Shown here one piece after another: positions 1-9,480 of a DNA stretch of 64,000 nt; position 1 is the first letter of the stretch, and the number at the start of each line of letters is the position of its first letter. The stretch comes from Candidatus Poribacteria bacterium (GTDB taxonomy: Bacteria > Poribacteria > WGA-4E > PCPOR2b): NCBI GenBank assembly GCA_965220385.1, contig OZ244825.1, positions 212,769 through 276,768 on the forward strand. Direction: 5' to 3'. A program made the position numbers and the translations under genes. The notes beneath the pieces are model-generated. The model had not been told where the DNA came from and made no database searches. It saw nothing but the letters and a program-made list of their open reading frames with translations.

Positions 1-59
1 AGGAAAAAACTCCAAATCCCGATCCCATCGGGAGTGGTGAGGCGAGAGGTATAAACGAT

Positions 60-527
60 ATGCTAAATCTTGAAAATGATAAACGGAACGATAAACAGGA
101 TGAAGAAATGCCTTCACTGAATCATAGTTATATCTGCCTTCAAATTCTCTGCCAGTTGCTGCAGAATGAGAAGGTTGAACCCCTACCGGAACTTACTCTG
201 GATATTGCAAATGGACTCACGCTGGATATTTCAATTTTCCCCAAGGAGCAAATACACCCAAATTTTTTCCGCGATGTCTCTAAATTTCAACAGATACCGG
301 TCTTAGCAATTGAAGTTATTTCTTCAAGTCAGACTATTGAGGAATTGCTGGAAAAGGCAGCACAATTAATACAAGCAGGAGTCAAGGCCGTCTGGACAAT
401 AGAGCCTCATAGCAGAAGTGTATTCGTGACAACCTCGTCAGAAGAAAAATTGTTCCATGACAGAATTGTTGAGAATGAGGAGATTCAAGTCGATTTCGCA
501 AAAGTATTTGGTCAACAGGCATCGTAA
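60..527 (+). CDS. Uma2/DUF820 family putative restriction endonuclease-fold protein
   Basis: PD-(D/E)xK-like segment LDISIFP...PVLAIEVISSSQ...GVKAVWTIEP; true start may be the ATG at 106. Confidence 0.8.
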   Translation: MLNLENDKRNDKQDEEMPSLNHSYICLQILCQLLQNEKVEPLPELTLDIANGLTLDISIFPKEQIHPNFFRDVSKFQQIPVLAIEVISSSQTIEELLEKAAQLIQAGVKAVWTIEPHSRSVFVTTSSEEKLFHDRIVENEEIQVDFAKVFGQQAS

Positions 528-583
528 CCTAAGAAATTTATAGTAGATTTCAGAATTAACTAGACACTGTAGCGCAAACTGTA

Positions 584-697
584 TGAAGTTTCAGAAAATA
601 ATTCGGTAATTCTATATTTTCCCCAGGCCCGGTAGGTGCGGTTTCCAACCGCACCGGCCATCGCTCGAAGATTACTGAATTAAAAAATTAATCTTCA
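584..697. mobile_element. 114-bp TA-flanked MITE (family A) carrying a GTAG-type REP hairpin (632-655)
   Basis: Imperfect terminal inverted repeats TGAAG..CTTCA, TA on both sides; closely similar inverted copy at 42600-42713. Confidence 0.75.
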
Positions 698-779
698 TAC
701 AGATGGTGGTACAAAAGACTATCTACTTTTCCTGTCTATTTGCTTTTAGAATTCACCATAGTTAGAGGACACAGCTGTT

Positions 780-1631
780 ATGGATTTCGTTCAACTTACT
801 GAAACACAACGACGAGACTTTAACGAAAACGGCTATCTGATTGTGCCTCAAGCCTTGGATCAAGATACGGTTGATCGTCTTATCGAAGGCGGTGACCGAT
901 TGATGGAATCATTTGAGTACGAAGATTACTACGCGCATCGGCGTCCCGGTCTTATCCAAGAGGAAGATGCCTACGCATCACTTATCACGAACGCAAGCAC
1001 AGTACCGCTCATTGTTCAACTGCTCGGTCCCAACATCCACATCACCAATACCGCGCTCATATATAAGCACCCACAAGCACCTGAAACGCCTGCCTTCCGC
1101 AACTGGCACCGCGATGTTGGAGTCCATCTCGATCTTGGACATCAGAAACTGCCCCGTGTCGGGCTGAAAATCGGCTACTGCTTGACAGATTTCAACGGAC
1201 CCAATTCTGGTGCAACCATGTTTGTCCGAAAAAGCAACAACCTCAGCGAGCCGTTGCCTATCCCCAAGGGCAAAGTTGACCCGCTGGAATTTGACGAACC
1301 CATCCTACGTGCTGGAGATGCATACCTATTTGAAAGTCGCCTGTATCACGCCGCTGCCCTTAATTTCACCGATCAGGTTGCCAAGGTTGTGATCTACGGC
1401 TACCACTATTCTTGGGTTAAGCAGGACTACTATCTTCGACATTATAACGGCAAGGTGCAACCGGATGCGGCGTTACTGGATAAATTGGATGACATCGGCA
1501 GACAGCTTCTCGACGCGGAGGAGGGAACTGACGGTCGTTCCGCACCTAACGGCATCCATTGGCCCCTCGCCGAATGGGCAGAACAGCACGGTGTTCTGCC
1601 GGAAGAACAGACGCATGTCGTTGAGGTTTGA
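780..1631 (+). CDS. Phytanoyl-CoA dioxygenase (PhyH) family Fe(II)/2OG dioxygenase
   Basis: F.ENGYLIV N-terminus, WHRD HxD motif, GD.YLF...HAA distal His. Confidence 0.85.
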   Translation: MDFVQLTETQRRDFNENGYLIVPQALDQDTVDRLIEGGDRLMESFEYEDYYAHRRPGLIQEEDAYASLITNASTVPLIVQLLGPNIHITNTALIYKHPQAPETPAFRNWHRDVGVHLDLGHQKLPRVGLKIGYCLTDFNGPNSGATMFVRKSNNLSEPLPIPKGKVDPLEFDEPILRAGDAYLFESRLYHAAALNFTDQVAKVVIYGYHYSWVKQDYYLRHYNGKVQPDAALLDKLDDIGRQLLDAEEGTDGRSAPNGIHWPLAEWAEQHGVLPEEQTHVVEV

Positions 1632-1670
1632 ACAAGCGTTAAACTCCCCTATAGCCCCTCCCGAAAGAAG

Positions 1671-2384
1671 TTGTCCGCCCCCATGAACAAGGAAATTTAC
1701 GTTCGTAAAATCTTCTCATCAATTGCGAAACGGTACGACTTCCTCAATTCTCTATTGAGTTTGCGACGCGATCGGGCGTGGCGGAAATTCACAGTGCGGA
1801 TGAGCGACGTGGCGCGAGGGAGCAGAGTCCTTGATGTTTGCACAGGTACCGGTGAACTCGCACTTGCATATGCCGACAAAATCGGCGATACTGCTGTAAT
1901 TGGCACAGACTTCGTTTATGACATGCTCGCCGTTGGTAAGGATAAAGTTGAAAAACAGGGGCGGACTAACGCTTTCATCCCAATTGAAGCGGATACACTT
2001 GAGCTGCCATTTTCGGACAATACTTTTGATATCGTATCGGTGGGTTTCGGTATCCGCAACGTTGCAGATCTCCGGCTCGGTATCCGCGAAATGTGTCGAG
2101 TCGCTGTGGCAAGCGGGCGGATCGCTATCCTTGAATTCACGCAGCCGACAACGCCGCTGTTTCGCCACCTTTACTACTTCTACTTCAAGGGGCTCCTGCC
2201 GTGTGTCGGAAATCTAATATCAAGGAATAGAGATGACGCCTACGGTTACTTGCCGGATTCCGTCATGCAGTTTCCTGACTGCGAACAGCTCAAGACGATT
2301 ATGGAGGAGTGTGGTCTCACGGATGTCCGATTTTACCGGAAAACCCTTGGCATTGTCGCTATCCATATTGGACGAAAAAAATGA
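1671..2384 (+). CDS. menG: Demethylmenaquinone methyltransferase (UbiE/MenG family)
   Basis: FSSIAKRYDFLN, VLDVCTGTG SAM motif, GFGIRNV, ILEF, Y.YL.DSV..FP. Confidence 0.9.
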   Translation: MSAPMNKEIYVRKIFSSIAKRYDFLNSLLSLRRDRAWRKFTVRMSDVARGSRVLDVCTGTGELALAYADKIGDTAVIGTDFVYDMLAVGKDKVEKQGRTNAFIPIEADTLELPFSDNTFDIVSVGFGIRNVADLRLGIREMCRVAVASGRIAILEFTQPTTPLFRHLYYFYFKGLLPCVGNLISRNRDDAYGYLPDSVMQFPDCEQLKTIMEECGLTDVRFYRKTLGIVAIHIGRKK

Positions 2385-3385
2385 CTCGGCTCCCCTGGAT
2401 TTTCCTAACTATCCCAATCGTGGCGGCTCTTACCGGGTGTGGCGATGATTCTGCAACGATTAAAATTGGGGTCAGCATTCCAGAAACAACGGCACCTACC
2501 TATACCCTCATCAAGCAGGCGATGGTTGATAGCGGAAAAGAGCACGGTGTCAAAGTGGTGTGGAATGGGGTCCGAGATGCCGGTGTCAAGCAGAATCTGG
2601 GGACACTGGAAACGCAACAGATTCGTAGGATGCTTGATGAAGGAATTCAGGTCCTGATATTCAAGGCGGTGGATCGGAAACGGGCGTATCCGATTTTGAA
2701 AGAGGCGGAGGAGAGGAACGTTCCTGTTATCATGTTGGATCAGTTGTTGGTCAGCATAAACGTCCGAGGACATATCGCCATCAATGAAACTGGGTTGGGG
2801 GAAGCAGCTGCCCAATATGCGCTTAAAAAGATCGGCTACAAAGGAAATGTGCTCGTTCTGGAGGAGTCCACCGGGGCAGAATCCTTTCGCAATATCTCGC
2901 TCGGAATCTATACCGTTTTAGACCAGTATGCTGATAAGATTAGAGTGCATTCCCGCGTTTCTCCACTTGACGCAAATGTTGCGTTAGATCTGACGGATCG
3001 TGTCCTGAAAAATTACGCAGGCAATATCCAAGCGATTATCGCTGCGGATAGTATCCTCGCAGTCGGTGCGGTGCGCGGTGTGCAACTGCATGAGCTCACC
3101 GATCAAATTATTACAGTTGGGGTGGGTGCTGGAGAGGAAGCGTGTCGTCAAATTATGTCCAAACAGCACGATGCCGAAGTGGACACAATGCCTTATCAGC
3201 GGGGGCAAGCGACGTTACAAGCCGCGCTCGATGCGGTCAATAAGCGCCCCTTCTCTTTCGATTTTGAATTACCCAACGGAAGAGTTTTGACAAAGACTAA
3301 ATTTGGCGCAATCCGCCTCATTACACCCGCTAACTATTCCGTCGTCAGACCGATGTGGCCCAATCTGTTTGAGGACAAAAAGTAG
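2381..3385 (+). CDS. Sugar ABC substrate-binding lipoprotein (RbsB / Peripla_BP_4 type)
   Basis: Lipobox ALTGC, periplasmic binding fold motifs; ATG at 2381 overlaps menG stop (ATGA). Confidence 0.75.
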   Translation: MTRLPWIFLTIPIVAALTGCGDDSATIKIGVSIPETTAPTYTLIKQAMVDSGKEHGVKVVWNGVRDAGVKQNLGTLETQQIRRMLDEGIQVLIFKAVDRKRAYPILKEAEERNVPVIMLDQLLVSINVRGHIAINETGLGEAAAQYALKKIGYKGNVLVLEESTGAESFRNISLGIYTVLDQYADKIRVHSRVSPLDANVALDLTDRVLKNYAGNIQAIIAADSILAVGAVRGVQLHELTDQIITVGVGAGEEACRQIMSKQHDAEVDTMPYQRGQATLQAALDAVNKRPFSFDFELPNGRVLTKTKFGAIRLITPANYSVVRPMWPNLFEDKK

Positions 3386-3394
3386 GGGATAGAG

Positions 3395-3925
3395 ATGCGA
3401 TATATTTCGTACTTCTTAATAATTGGATTGTTTGTCTTCGCTTCAGTTGCTTCAAATCAAGAGGGGGTGGACGAACCGATCCAAGTGGGTGAGCAGGTTC
3501 CCGATTTCACCTTGCAAGACGCCGAAGATCAGGAACACGCACTTAAGAAGATGCGGGGTAAGGTTGTCTTTCTGATAATGGGGCATCGAAAAATCCGGGA
3601 AGAAGATGATAAGTGGGGACGCGCCTTTCAGGTAGATTATGGGGAGAACGATAGGGTTATCGCATATATTGTCGCTGATATGCGGAGCGTGCCGGCGTTC
3701 GTGCCTAAGGGCTTTATTAAAAGGCAACTCAAGAAAAATAAGCCGCCGGTAACGCTGTTACTCGATTGGAAAGGCAAAGTGCATCAGACGTATCATACGG
3801 AGAAGGAAAAGCCGAATCTCTACCTCATTGACCCCGAAGGAAAACTCGCCTTTCATACAGAATCCAACTTCGACGAGGACACCTATCAAAAGCTGAAAGC
3901 AGTGATTGATGGGTTTACTAACTAA
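3395..3925 (+). CDS. Redoxin/AhpC-TSA-like thioredoxin-fold exported protein lacking CxxC
   Basis: Signal peptide; VGEQVPDFTLQD...GKVVFL; LYLIDPEGK. Confidence 0.7.
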   Translation: MRYISYFLIIGLFVFASVASNQEGVDEPIQVGEQVPDFTLQDAEDQEHALKKMRGKVVFLIMGHRKIREEDDKWGRAFQVDYGENDRVIAYIVADMRSVPAFVPKGFIKRQLKKNKPPVTLLLDWKGKVHQTYHTEKEKPNLYLIDPEGKLAFHTESNFDEDTYQKLKAVIDGFTN

Positions 3926-3931
3926 TAACCA

Positions 3932-4132
3932 TAGGACTTACGCAGTTAAATGGTCAAATCCCTGTAGTTCGGGATTCATCGCCGCCGTTCCCAACGCCCG
4001 ATGAATCCCCGATGAATCGGGATTAAGAAACGGGCAACTACAGTAGGGTTTCAGGTTTGTAGTAGGGCGATTTATCGCCCGTCGTGACGCGCAATGAATT
4101 GCGCTGCTACAAACTGAACTGCGTAACTCCTA
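3932..4132. mobile_element. TA-flanked MITE (family B) with REP hairpins
   Basis: Ends TAGGACTTACGCAGTT / AACTGCGTAACTCCTA (15/16 inverted match); internal hairpins; related copies at 5245-5401 and 33605-33806. Confidence 0.75.
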
Positions 4133-4154
4133 TAAAGATAAGGAACGAATCAAT

Positions 4155-4682
4155 ATGAACAGTGTATCGCCAGATAAACCGTTAGTCAGTATTGTTATGG
4201 GCAGTGATTCTGATCTGGACAAGATGAGCGAGGCTGCCGAAGTCTTAGAAGAATTTGATATCTCTTTTGAAATCACAATCTCGTCTGCACACCGCTCGCC
4301 AGAGCGGACAATGGAATACGCACACGGCGCGAACGATCGGGGTGTGCATGTCATCATCGCCGGCGCTGGACGCGCAGCCCATCTCGCCGGTGTCATTGCC
4401 GCGCATACCACCCTGCCTGTTATCGGTGTCCCTATTGACGGTGGACCGCTCAACGGAGTAGACGCGCTTTATGCCACCGTGCAGATGCCGCCCGGTATCC
4501 CCGTCGGGACAATGGCAATTGGATCCGGTGGTGCGCGTAACGCAGGGCTTTTCGCTGTCCAAATACTCGCACTCAAATTTCCTGAGCTCGGTGAGAAACT
4601 CGATGCGTACAAAGTCAAACTCAGCGACGGTGTAGCAGAGAAAGCCGAGCGGTTAGACGAGGTTGGCTACAAAAACTATTGA
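4155..4682 (+). CDS. purE: N5-carboxyaminoimidazole ribonucleotide mutase
   Basis: IVMGSDSD, SAHRSP, AGAGRAAHLAG, PVIGVP, VQMPPGIPV. Confidence 0.97.
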   Translation: MNSVSPDKPLVSIVMGSDSDLDKMSEAAEVLEEFDISFEITISSAHRSPERTMEYAHGANDRGVHVIIAGAGRAAHLAGVIAAHTTLPVIGVPIDGGPLNGVDALYATVQMPPGIPVGTMAIGSGGARNAGLFAVQILALKFPELGEKLDAYKVKLSDGVAEKAERLDEVGYKNY

Positions 4683-4729
4683 GGTTCCTGTAAACAGAGA
4701 GGGCAAACGTTTCTGCACAGAAGCTACTA

Positions 4730-5221
4730 TTGATTATGACGCAAAATTCAAAAGCAGATTGCTCCACAGATTTCTCAATAAGGGACAAGAAATCTGCCTT
4801 TAGGACGCGTAGCCCCGAGGAAACGCAGGAAATCGGTGTGCGGATTGGGAGCCAACTTAGCCCCGGTGATGTTGTCGCACTCATCGGTGATTTGGGAGCG
4901 GGAAAAACCTGTCTGACGCAGGGCATCGCCCGTGGAGTTGGTGTCTGTCAAGATGAGACCGTCAATAGCCCTTCCTACATCCTCATCAACGAATATGAGG
5001 GAAAAATCCCGATCTACCACATCGATCTCTATCGGCTTGAGCGGATAGGAGATATTGTCGATCTTGGGTTGGAGGAGTATTTAGAGGGAGATGGTATCTG
5101 CGTCATTGAATGGGGGGATCGGATGGGTGAACTGCTGCCCGAAAGCCACATTCAGGTCATAATCACCGCAGAAGATGAATTCACACGCACCATCGAAGTG
5201 TCGCCTATCAGCCCCAAGTAG
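4730..5221 (+). CDS. tsaE: tRNA threonylcarbamoyladenosine biosynthesis ATPase
   Basis: GDLGAGKT, VNSPSY, YHIDLYRL, IEW. Confidence 0.95.
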   Translation: MIMTQNSKADCSTDFSIRDKKSAFRTRSPEETQEIGVRIGSQLSPGDVVALIGDLGAGKTCLTQGIARGVGVCQDETVNSPSYILINEYEGKIPIYHIDLYRLERIGDIVDLGLEEYLEGDGICVIEWGDRMGELLPESHIQVIITAEDEFTRTIEVSPISPK

Positions 5222-5244
5222 CGACGTAAGGACTTTTTACTGTT

Positions 5245-5401
5245 TAGGACTTACGCAGCCAACTGTAGGCGGGGCATCTCCGATGAATCCCCGATGAATC
5301 GGGACAGGCGGGACAGGCGGGACTCCGATAAGCCGGGAGCAGGCAGGCGGGATTCAGAGCAACTTGCCCCGCACCAACTATGCTAAAATGTGCAAGTCCT
5401 A
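5245..5401. mobile_element. Family B MITE containing an interrupted GTAG-REP
   Basis: TAGGACTTACGCA ... TGTGCAAGTCCTA ends; REP halves at 5265-5279 and 5365-5372. Confidence 0.7.
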
Positions 5402-5475
5402 CTGTTATTTCCTTGCGTCTTTGTACCATTGCGACCTTGCGTTAAATATTCTTAGCACCTTTGGGGCACCAAAGA

Positions 5476-6699
5476 ATGGGTGAAACTGTGCAATCCCAGC
5501 GTAACATCTTGTACCTCGATAATGGGTCTGGCATTGGTGGTGGGCAGCGCAGCTTGCTATTGCTCCTCAAACATCTGGACGCGACACGGTTTCGCTCATT
5601 CCTCGGCTGTTTGGGAGACAGTATGCTGGCAGCGGCAGCGCGAAAAGCAGGACCCCCGGTCATCCCACTCAATCTGCCGAAGCAGCACGATAAGGGGGAC
5701 AAGGCACGCCGTTTCACACTCCACGACATCGGACGCGACCTGCAACATATCACGGTAATATTTCAGCTTTTGCGGGTGCTGGAAGAACAGCAAATCGATC
5801 TCCTCCATGCAAACTCTCTGGCTGCGGGTTTAATCGGTGGGGTTGCCGCGAAACTCTACGGCGTTCCAATCGTGATGCACAAACGGTACGCCACCGCGTA
5901 TGGCCTTTTGGATCGGATCTGTGAGGCACTGCTGGATCGTGTGATTCTGGTTTCGGAAGCAACGCGCTGGAAGTTTGCTCCACCCTCGAAGCAGGCGTTG
6001 ATCTATAACGGCGTCGAACTTTCGCCACTTCAATCCTCATCGCAAGTTGAGCGTCAGCGAAATCCCGATCTAATCGGGGTTGGACGTCAGCGAAATCCCG
6101 ATCCAATCGGGGTGGAAACGCTCCGAGCGGATCTCAACCTCGATCCCGATGCAGTGCTAATTGGTATTGTAACGCGCATCACGCCGGAGAAGGGGATTCA
6201 TACCTTAATTGAAGCAACCGCCAAACTCAAAGCATCGCCCCCTATCCAGCTGCTTGTTGTGGGCGGACCTTACTTTCCCAAAGATGCGGAATATATCGAT
6301 TCTCTGAAGGCACAAGCGAAAGAATTGGGAGTCACAGATCGTGTTATCTTCACCGGCTTTCTGGAAGATACGGGTGCGATTCTATCCCTCCTCGACATTG
6401 TTCTGCTTGCGTCAACCATCCCGGAAGCCTGCCCACGCACCATCATCGAAGCGATGGCAGCCGGTGTACCGGTCATTGCCACACCGCTCGGTGGAAGCAA
6501 GGAACTGGTAACACCGGAAACAGGACTCCTCGTCCCCGCTGAGGAGGCGGACGCCTTTGCTGCAGCGATTACCCAACTTGCCGAGGATACCGAGCGACGA
6601 AAACGGATGGGAAAGGCGTGCCGCTTGAGGGCAGAGCAACTGTTCTGTGCGACGCAGAATGCGCGGTTGACTGAAGACCTCTATTTAGATCTGTTGTGA
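5476..6699 (+). CDS. Glycosyltransferase family 4 (GT-B) with in-frame repeat insertion
   Basis: GGGQRS, IYNGV, KGIHTLIEA, EACPRTIIEAMAAGVPVIAT..GG..E. Confidence 0.9.
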   Translation: MGETVQSQRNILYLDNGSGIGGGQRSLLLLLKHLDATRFRSFLGCLGDSMLAAAARKAGPPVIPLNLPKQHDKGDKARRFTLHDIGRDLQHITVIFQLLRVLEEQQIDLLHANSLAAGLIGGVAAKLYGVPIVMHKRYATAYGLLDRICEALLDRVILVSEATRWKFAPPSKQALIYNGVELSPLQSSSQVERQRNPDLIGVGRQRNPDPIGVETLRADLNLDPDAVLIGIVTRITPEKGIHTLIEATAKLKASPPIQLLVVGGPYFPKDAEYIDSLKAQAKELGVTDRVIFTGFLEDTGAILSLLDIVLLASTIPEACPRTIIEAMAAGVPVIATPLGGSKELVTPETGLLVPAEEADAFAAAITQLAEDTERRKRMGKACRLRAEQLFCATQNARLTEDLYLDLL

Positions 6700-6854
6700 A
6701 TAGAGATTGGCAGATATGTCCTAAGACACTCCACCGTTCTTCCCCCTCATTTATTCCTTGTGGATTTTTCCTCATTCTGCTATAATCCCCCGCTAAATCT
6801 TTCAAATCTTCAGCCCAATCAGGCTTTAACAAATACGTGAGAAAGGAAACGACT

Positions 6855-8165
6855 ATGAAAAAACTTGCTTGCTATTTTGCGATACTCATGTTCTCTGTAT
6901 TAATCGTCGCAACACCATCAACAGATGCTCAAGAAAAATTAACGATTGCTTGGGCACAGTGGGATCCCGCGAACTATCTTGATGAACTGTCTAAGGACTT
7001 TACCGCGGAAACCGGGATTGAGGTCGATCTGGTTCAGATCTCTTGGTCCCATTTCCAAGATTCGGTCTTCACCGCATTTGTCGGAAAAAGTGACCGATAC
7101 GATATCGTTATCGGTGATAGCCAATGGCTTGGGAGAAACTCCGTTGGCGGTCACTATGTCGATTTGACCGACTGGATCAACGAAAACATTGATGTTGATT
7201 CGATTTACGCAACCGCCATGGAGGCATTCGCTGAATATCCGAAAGGAAGTGGAAAGTATTGGGCACTCCCCGCAGAGGTGGACGCCAACGGTTTCCTCTA
7301 TCGCACAGATCTCTTTGAGGATGCGGACGAAAAAGCAAAGTTCAAAGAAAAATATGGCTATGAGCTCGCTCCTCCTAAAACCTACGCAGAACTCCGTGAC
7401 ATTGCCGAGTTTTTTACGCGTCCCCCAAACCTCTACGGCATCGCGCCTTGGTACAGCAAAGAGTACGACGGGATCACCATGGGCTTTCAACAGGTGATGT
7501 GGTCGTACGGTGGTTCCTACGGCGATCCCGAAACCTATAAGGTGGAGGGTCACATCAATAGCGACGACGTAGTTGCAGCGCTGGAGTATTACACATCACT
7601 CAGGGAGTTCTCACCACCCGATGCACCCAACTACTACTGGGCGGAAACACTGGATGCGTTCAAAGCGGGAAAAGTTGCGATGGCGATGGACTATTTCGCC
7701 TTCTTCCCGGGGGTAGTCGATTCGAATCAGAATCCCAACTACTACGATAAAACAGGCTTCTTTGTCTCACCCGCCGGTCCGAAGGGACACGCCATCAGCA
7801 TCGGTGGTCAAGGTATGTCAATCTCTGCCTACTCCAAGAACGAAGACATCGCCAAGCGGTATCTGAAATGGTTTATGCAGAAACCGGTACAGGAAAAATG
7901 GGCGCAGCTGGGCGGGTTCACGCCGCATGAAGAGGTCCTCCAATCCGAAGTATTCCTCAACGCAACACCGTTCAACAGAGCCTTTGCTGCCAGTTTTCCT
8001 TACTTGCGTGACTTCTGGGCAGTACCCGAATACGCCGAACTTCTGGAGGCGTGCCAGACCGGATGGAACCAAGTTATCATCGGATCCAAATCTGCCAAAG
8101 AGGCGTTGGACGATATTGCGCGTAAGCATGAAGCAATCTTTGAGGACGCAGGCTATTATGACTAA
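6855..8165 (+). CDS. Sugar ABC transporter substrate-binding protein
   Basis: Signal peptide, SBP_bac_1-like motifs (YDIVIGDSQW, YRTDLF, GGQGMSI). Confidence 0.9.
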   Translation: MKKLACYFAILMFSVLIVATPSTDAQEKLTIAWAQWDPANYLDELSKDFTAETGIEVDLVQISWSHFQDSVFTAFVGKSDRYDIVIGDSQWLGRNSVGGHYVDLTDWINENIDVDSIYATAMEAFAEYPKGSGKYWALPAEVDANGFLYRTDLFEDADEKAKFKEKYGYELAPPKTYAELRDIAEFFTRPPNLYGIAPWYSKEYDGITMGFQQVMWSYGGSYGDPETYKVEGHINSDDVVAALEYYTSLREFSPPDAPNYYWAETLDAFKAGKVAMAMDYFAFFPGVVDSNQNPNYYDKTGFFVSPAGPKGHAISIGGQGMSISAYSKNEDIAKRYLKWFMQKPVQEKWAQLGGFTPHEEVLQSEVFLNATPFNRAFAASFPYLRDFWAVPEYAELLEACQTGWNQVIIGSKSAKEALDDIARKHEAIFEDAGYYD

Positions 8166-8573
8166 TGACCGATGGTGCTAATTTACAGCTATTGATACGC
8201 TCCTGAAAGTGAAACGTGAACACAGTTGGTTCATTGGGTAATTAATGAACTAGTGCTCTGGCATATAAATCATGATAAGTCTCTCACGGCTCGGCTCCGT
8301 TCCGCCTGTCCCGATTTATCGGGGAGAGTCCGAGACCCCGATAAATCGGGATTCAGAGCAACTTGGATAGCCATATCCAAGCCAGCTTTGCGGCGGTGTT
8401 GTGGATTTGTCAATCCACAACGAGCAGGGGCATTAACAATTATCTGACAATGTACTAGTGAACTAATGTACTAATGAACTCTATACGACAGTCTCACCAA
8501 CTAGCATTAAAGGTTAGTAGTATCGTTGGGAAATTAGGCTTACTGCTCACGTACCACTTGCACAGGGGAGGCA

Positions 8574-9479
8574 ATGCGGACCGCACGTTTTTCACGCGGG
8601 TTCAGTGACTACCAGATCAAGATGGCGTTTATCATGCCTACCATGATTCTGCTCATCTTGATGAATATCTTCCCGCTGCTATGGTCATTGTACTTAAGCT
8701 TTCATCGTTATAAGGCTTCCATGCCGAACCGTCCGGCAAAGTTTATCGGTGTCCAGAACTACGCACGGCTACTCACCGATCCGGAGATCTGGGGCTATTT
8801 TCAGACCACCGCCTACTTTGTCGTACTTGCCGTTATCACCCAATTCATCATCGGTTTCGGGTTGGCGCTGCTCCTCAATCGCGAATTTCGATATAAGGGG
8901 CTTGTAACAACGCTGATCCTGTTACCGATGATGCTCTCACCGGTTGTCGTAGGCCTATTCTGGCGGTTTATCTTCGCGTCCGACGCGTCGGGGTTGGTCA
9001 ACTATCTACTGAGCCCGCTGTTCGGAGGACCAATCGGCTGGACGACGGACCCAAAGATCGCCATGCTCGCGGTCGTGATTGTCGATACATGGATGTGGTC
9101 GCCATTCATGATGCTGATCTCTCTGGCTGGCTTGTCCGCTATCCCCAAATATCTCTACGAAGCCGCGGATGTAGACCGCGCCTCCCGATGGTTCAAGTTC
9201 CGTTGGATCACCCTTCCCTTGGTTTCTCCCCTACTACTAATCGCACTGCTGTTCCGCACGATGGATGCCTTCAAAATGTTCGATATTGTCTACGTGCTGA
9301 CCCGCGAAGGGGGACCGGGCATAGCGACGGAAACCGTTTCAATGAATCTGTACAAGCTGGCCTTTCGGAACTATAATACCGGCAAGGCGTGTGCGATGGC
9401 ATACATACTCCTGATTATCATTGTCGCGTTGAGTAACATTTACGTGAAACATCTGAACAAGGTTCGCGGCGAGGCGTAA
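8574..9479 (+). CDS. Sugar ABC transporter permease
   Basis: Multiple TM helices, EAA loop LYEAADVDRAS.WFKF. Confidence 0.92.
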   Translation: MRTARFSRGFSDYQIKMAFIMPTMILLILMNIFPLLWSLYLSFHRYKASMPNRPAKFIGVQNYARLLTDPEIWGYFQTTAYFVVLAVITQFIIGFGLALLLNREFRYKGLVTTLILLPMMLSPVVVGLFWRFIFASDASGLVNYLLSPLFGGPIGWTTDPKIAMLAVVIVDTWMWSPFMMLISLAGLSAIPKYLYEAADVDRASRWFKFRWITLPLVSPLLLIALLFRTMDAFKMFDIVYVLTREGGPGIATETVSMNLYKLAFRNYNTGKACAMAYILLIIIVALSNIYVKHLNKVRGEA

Positions 9480-9480
9480 A

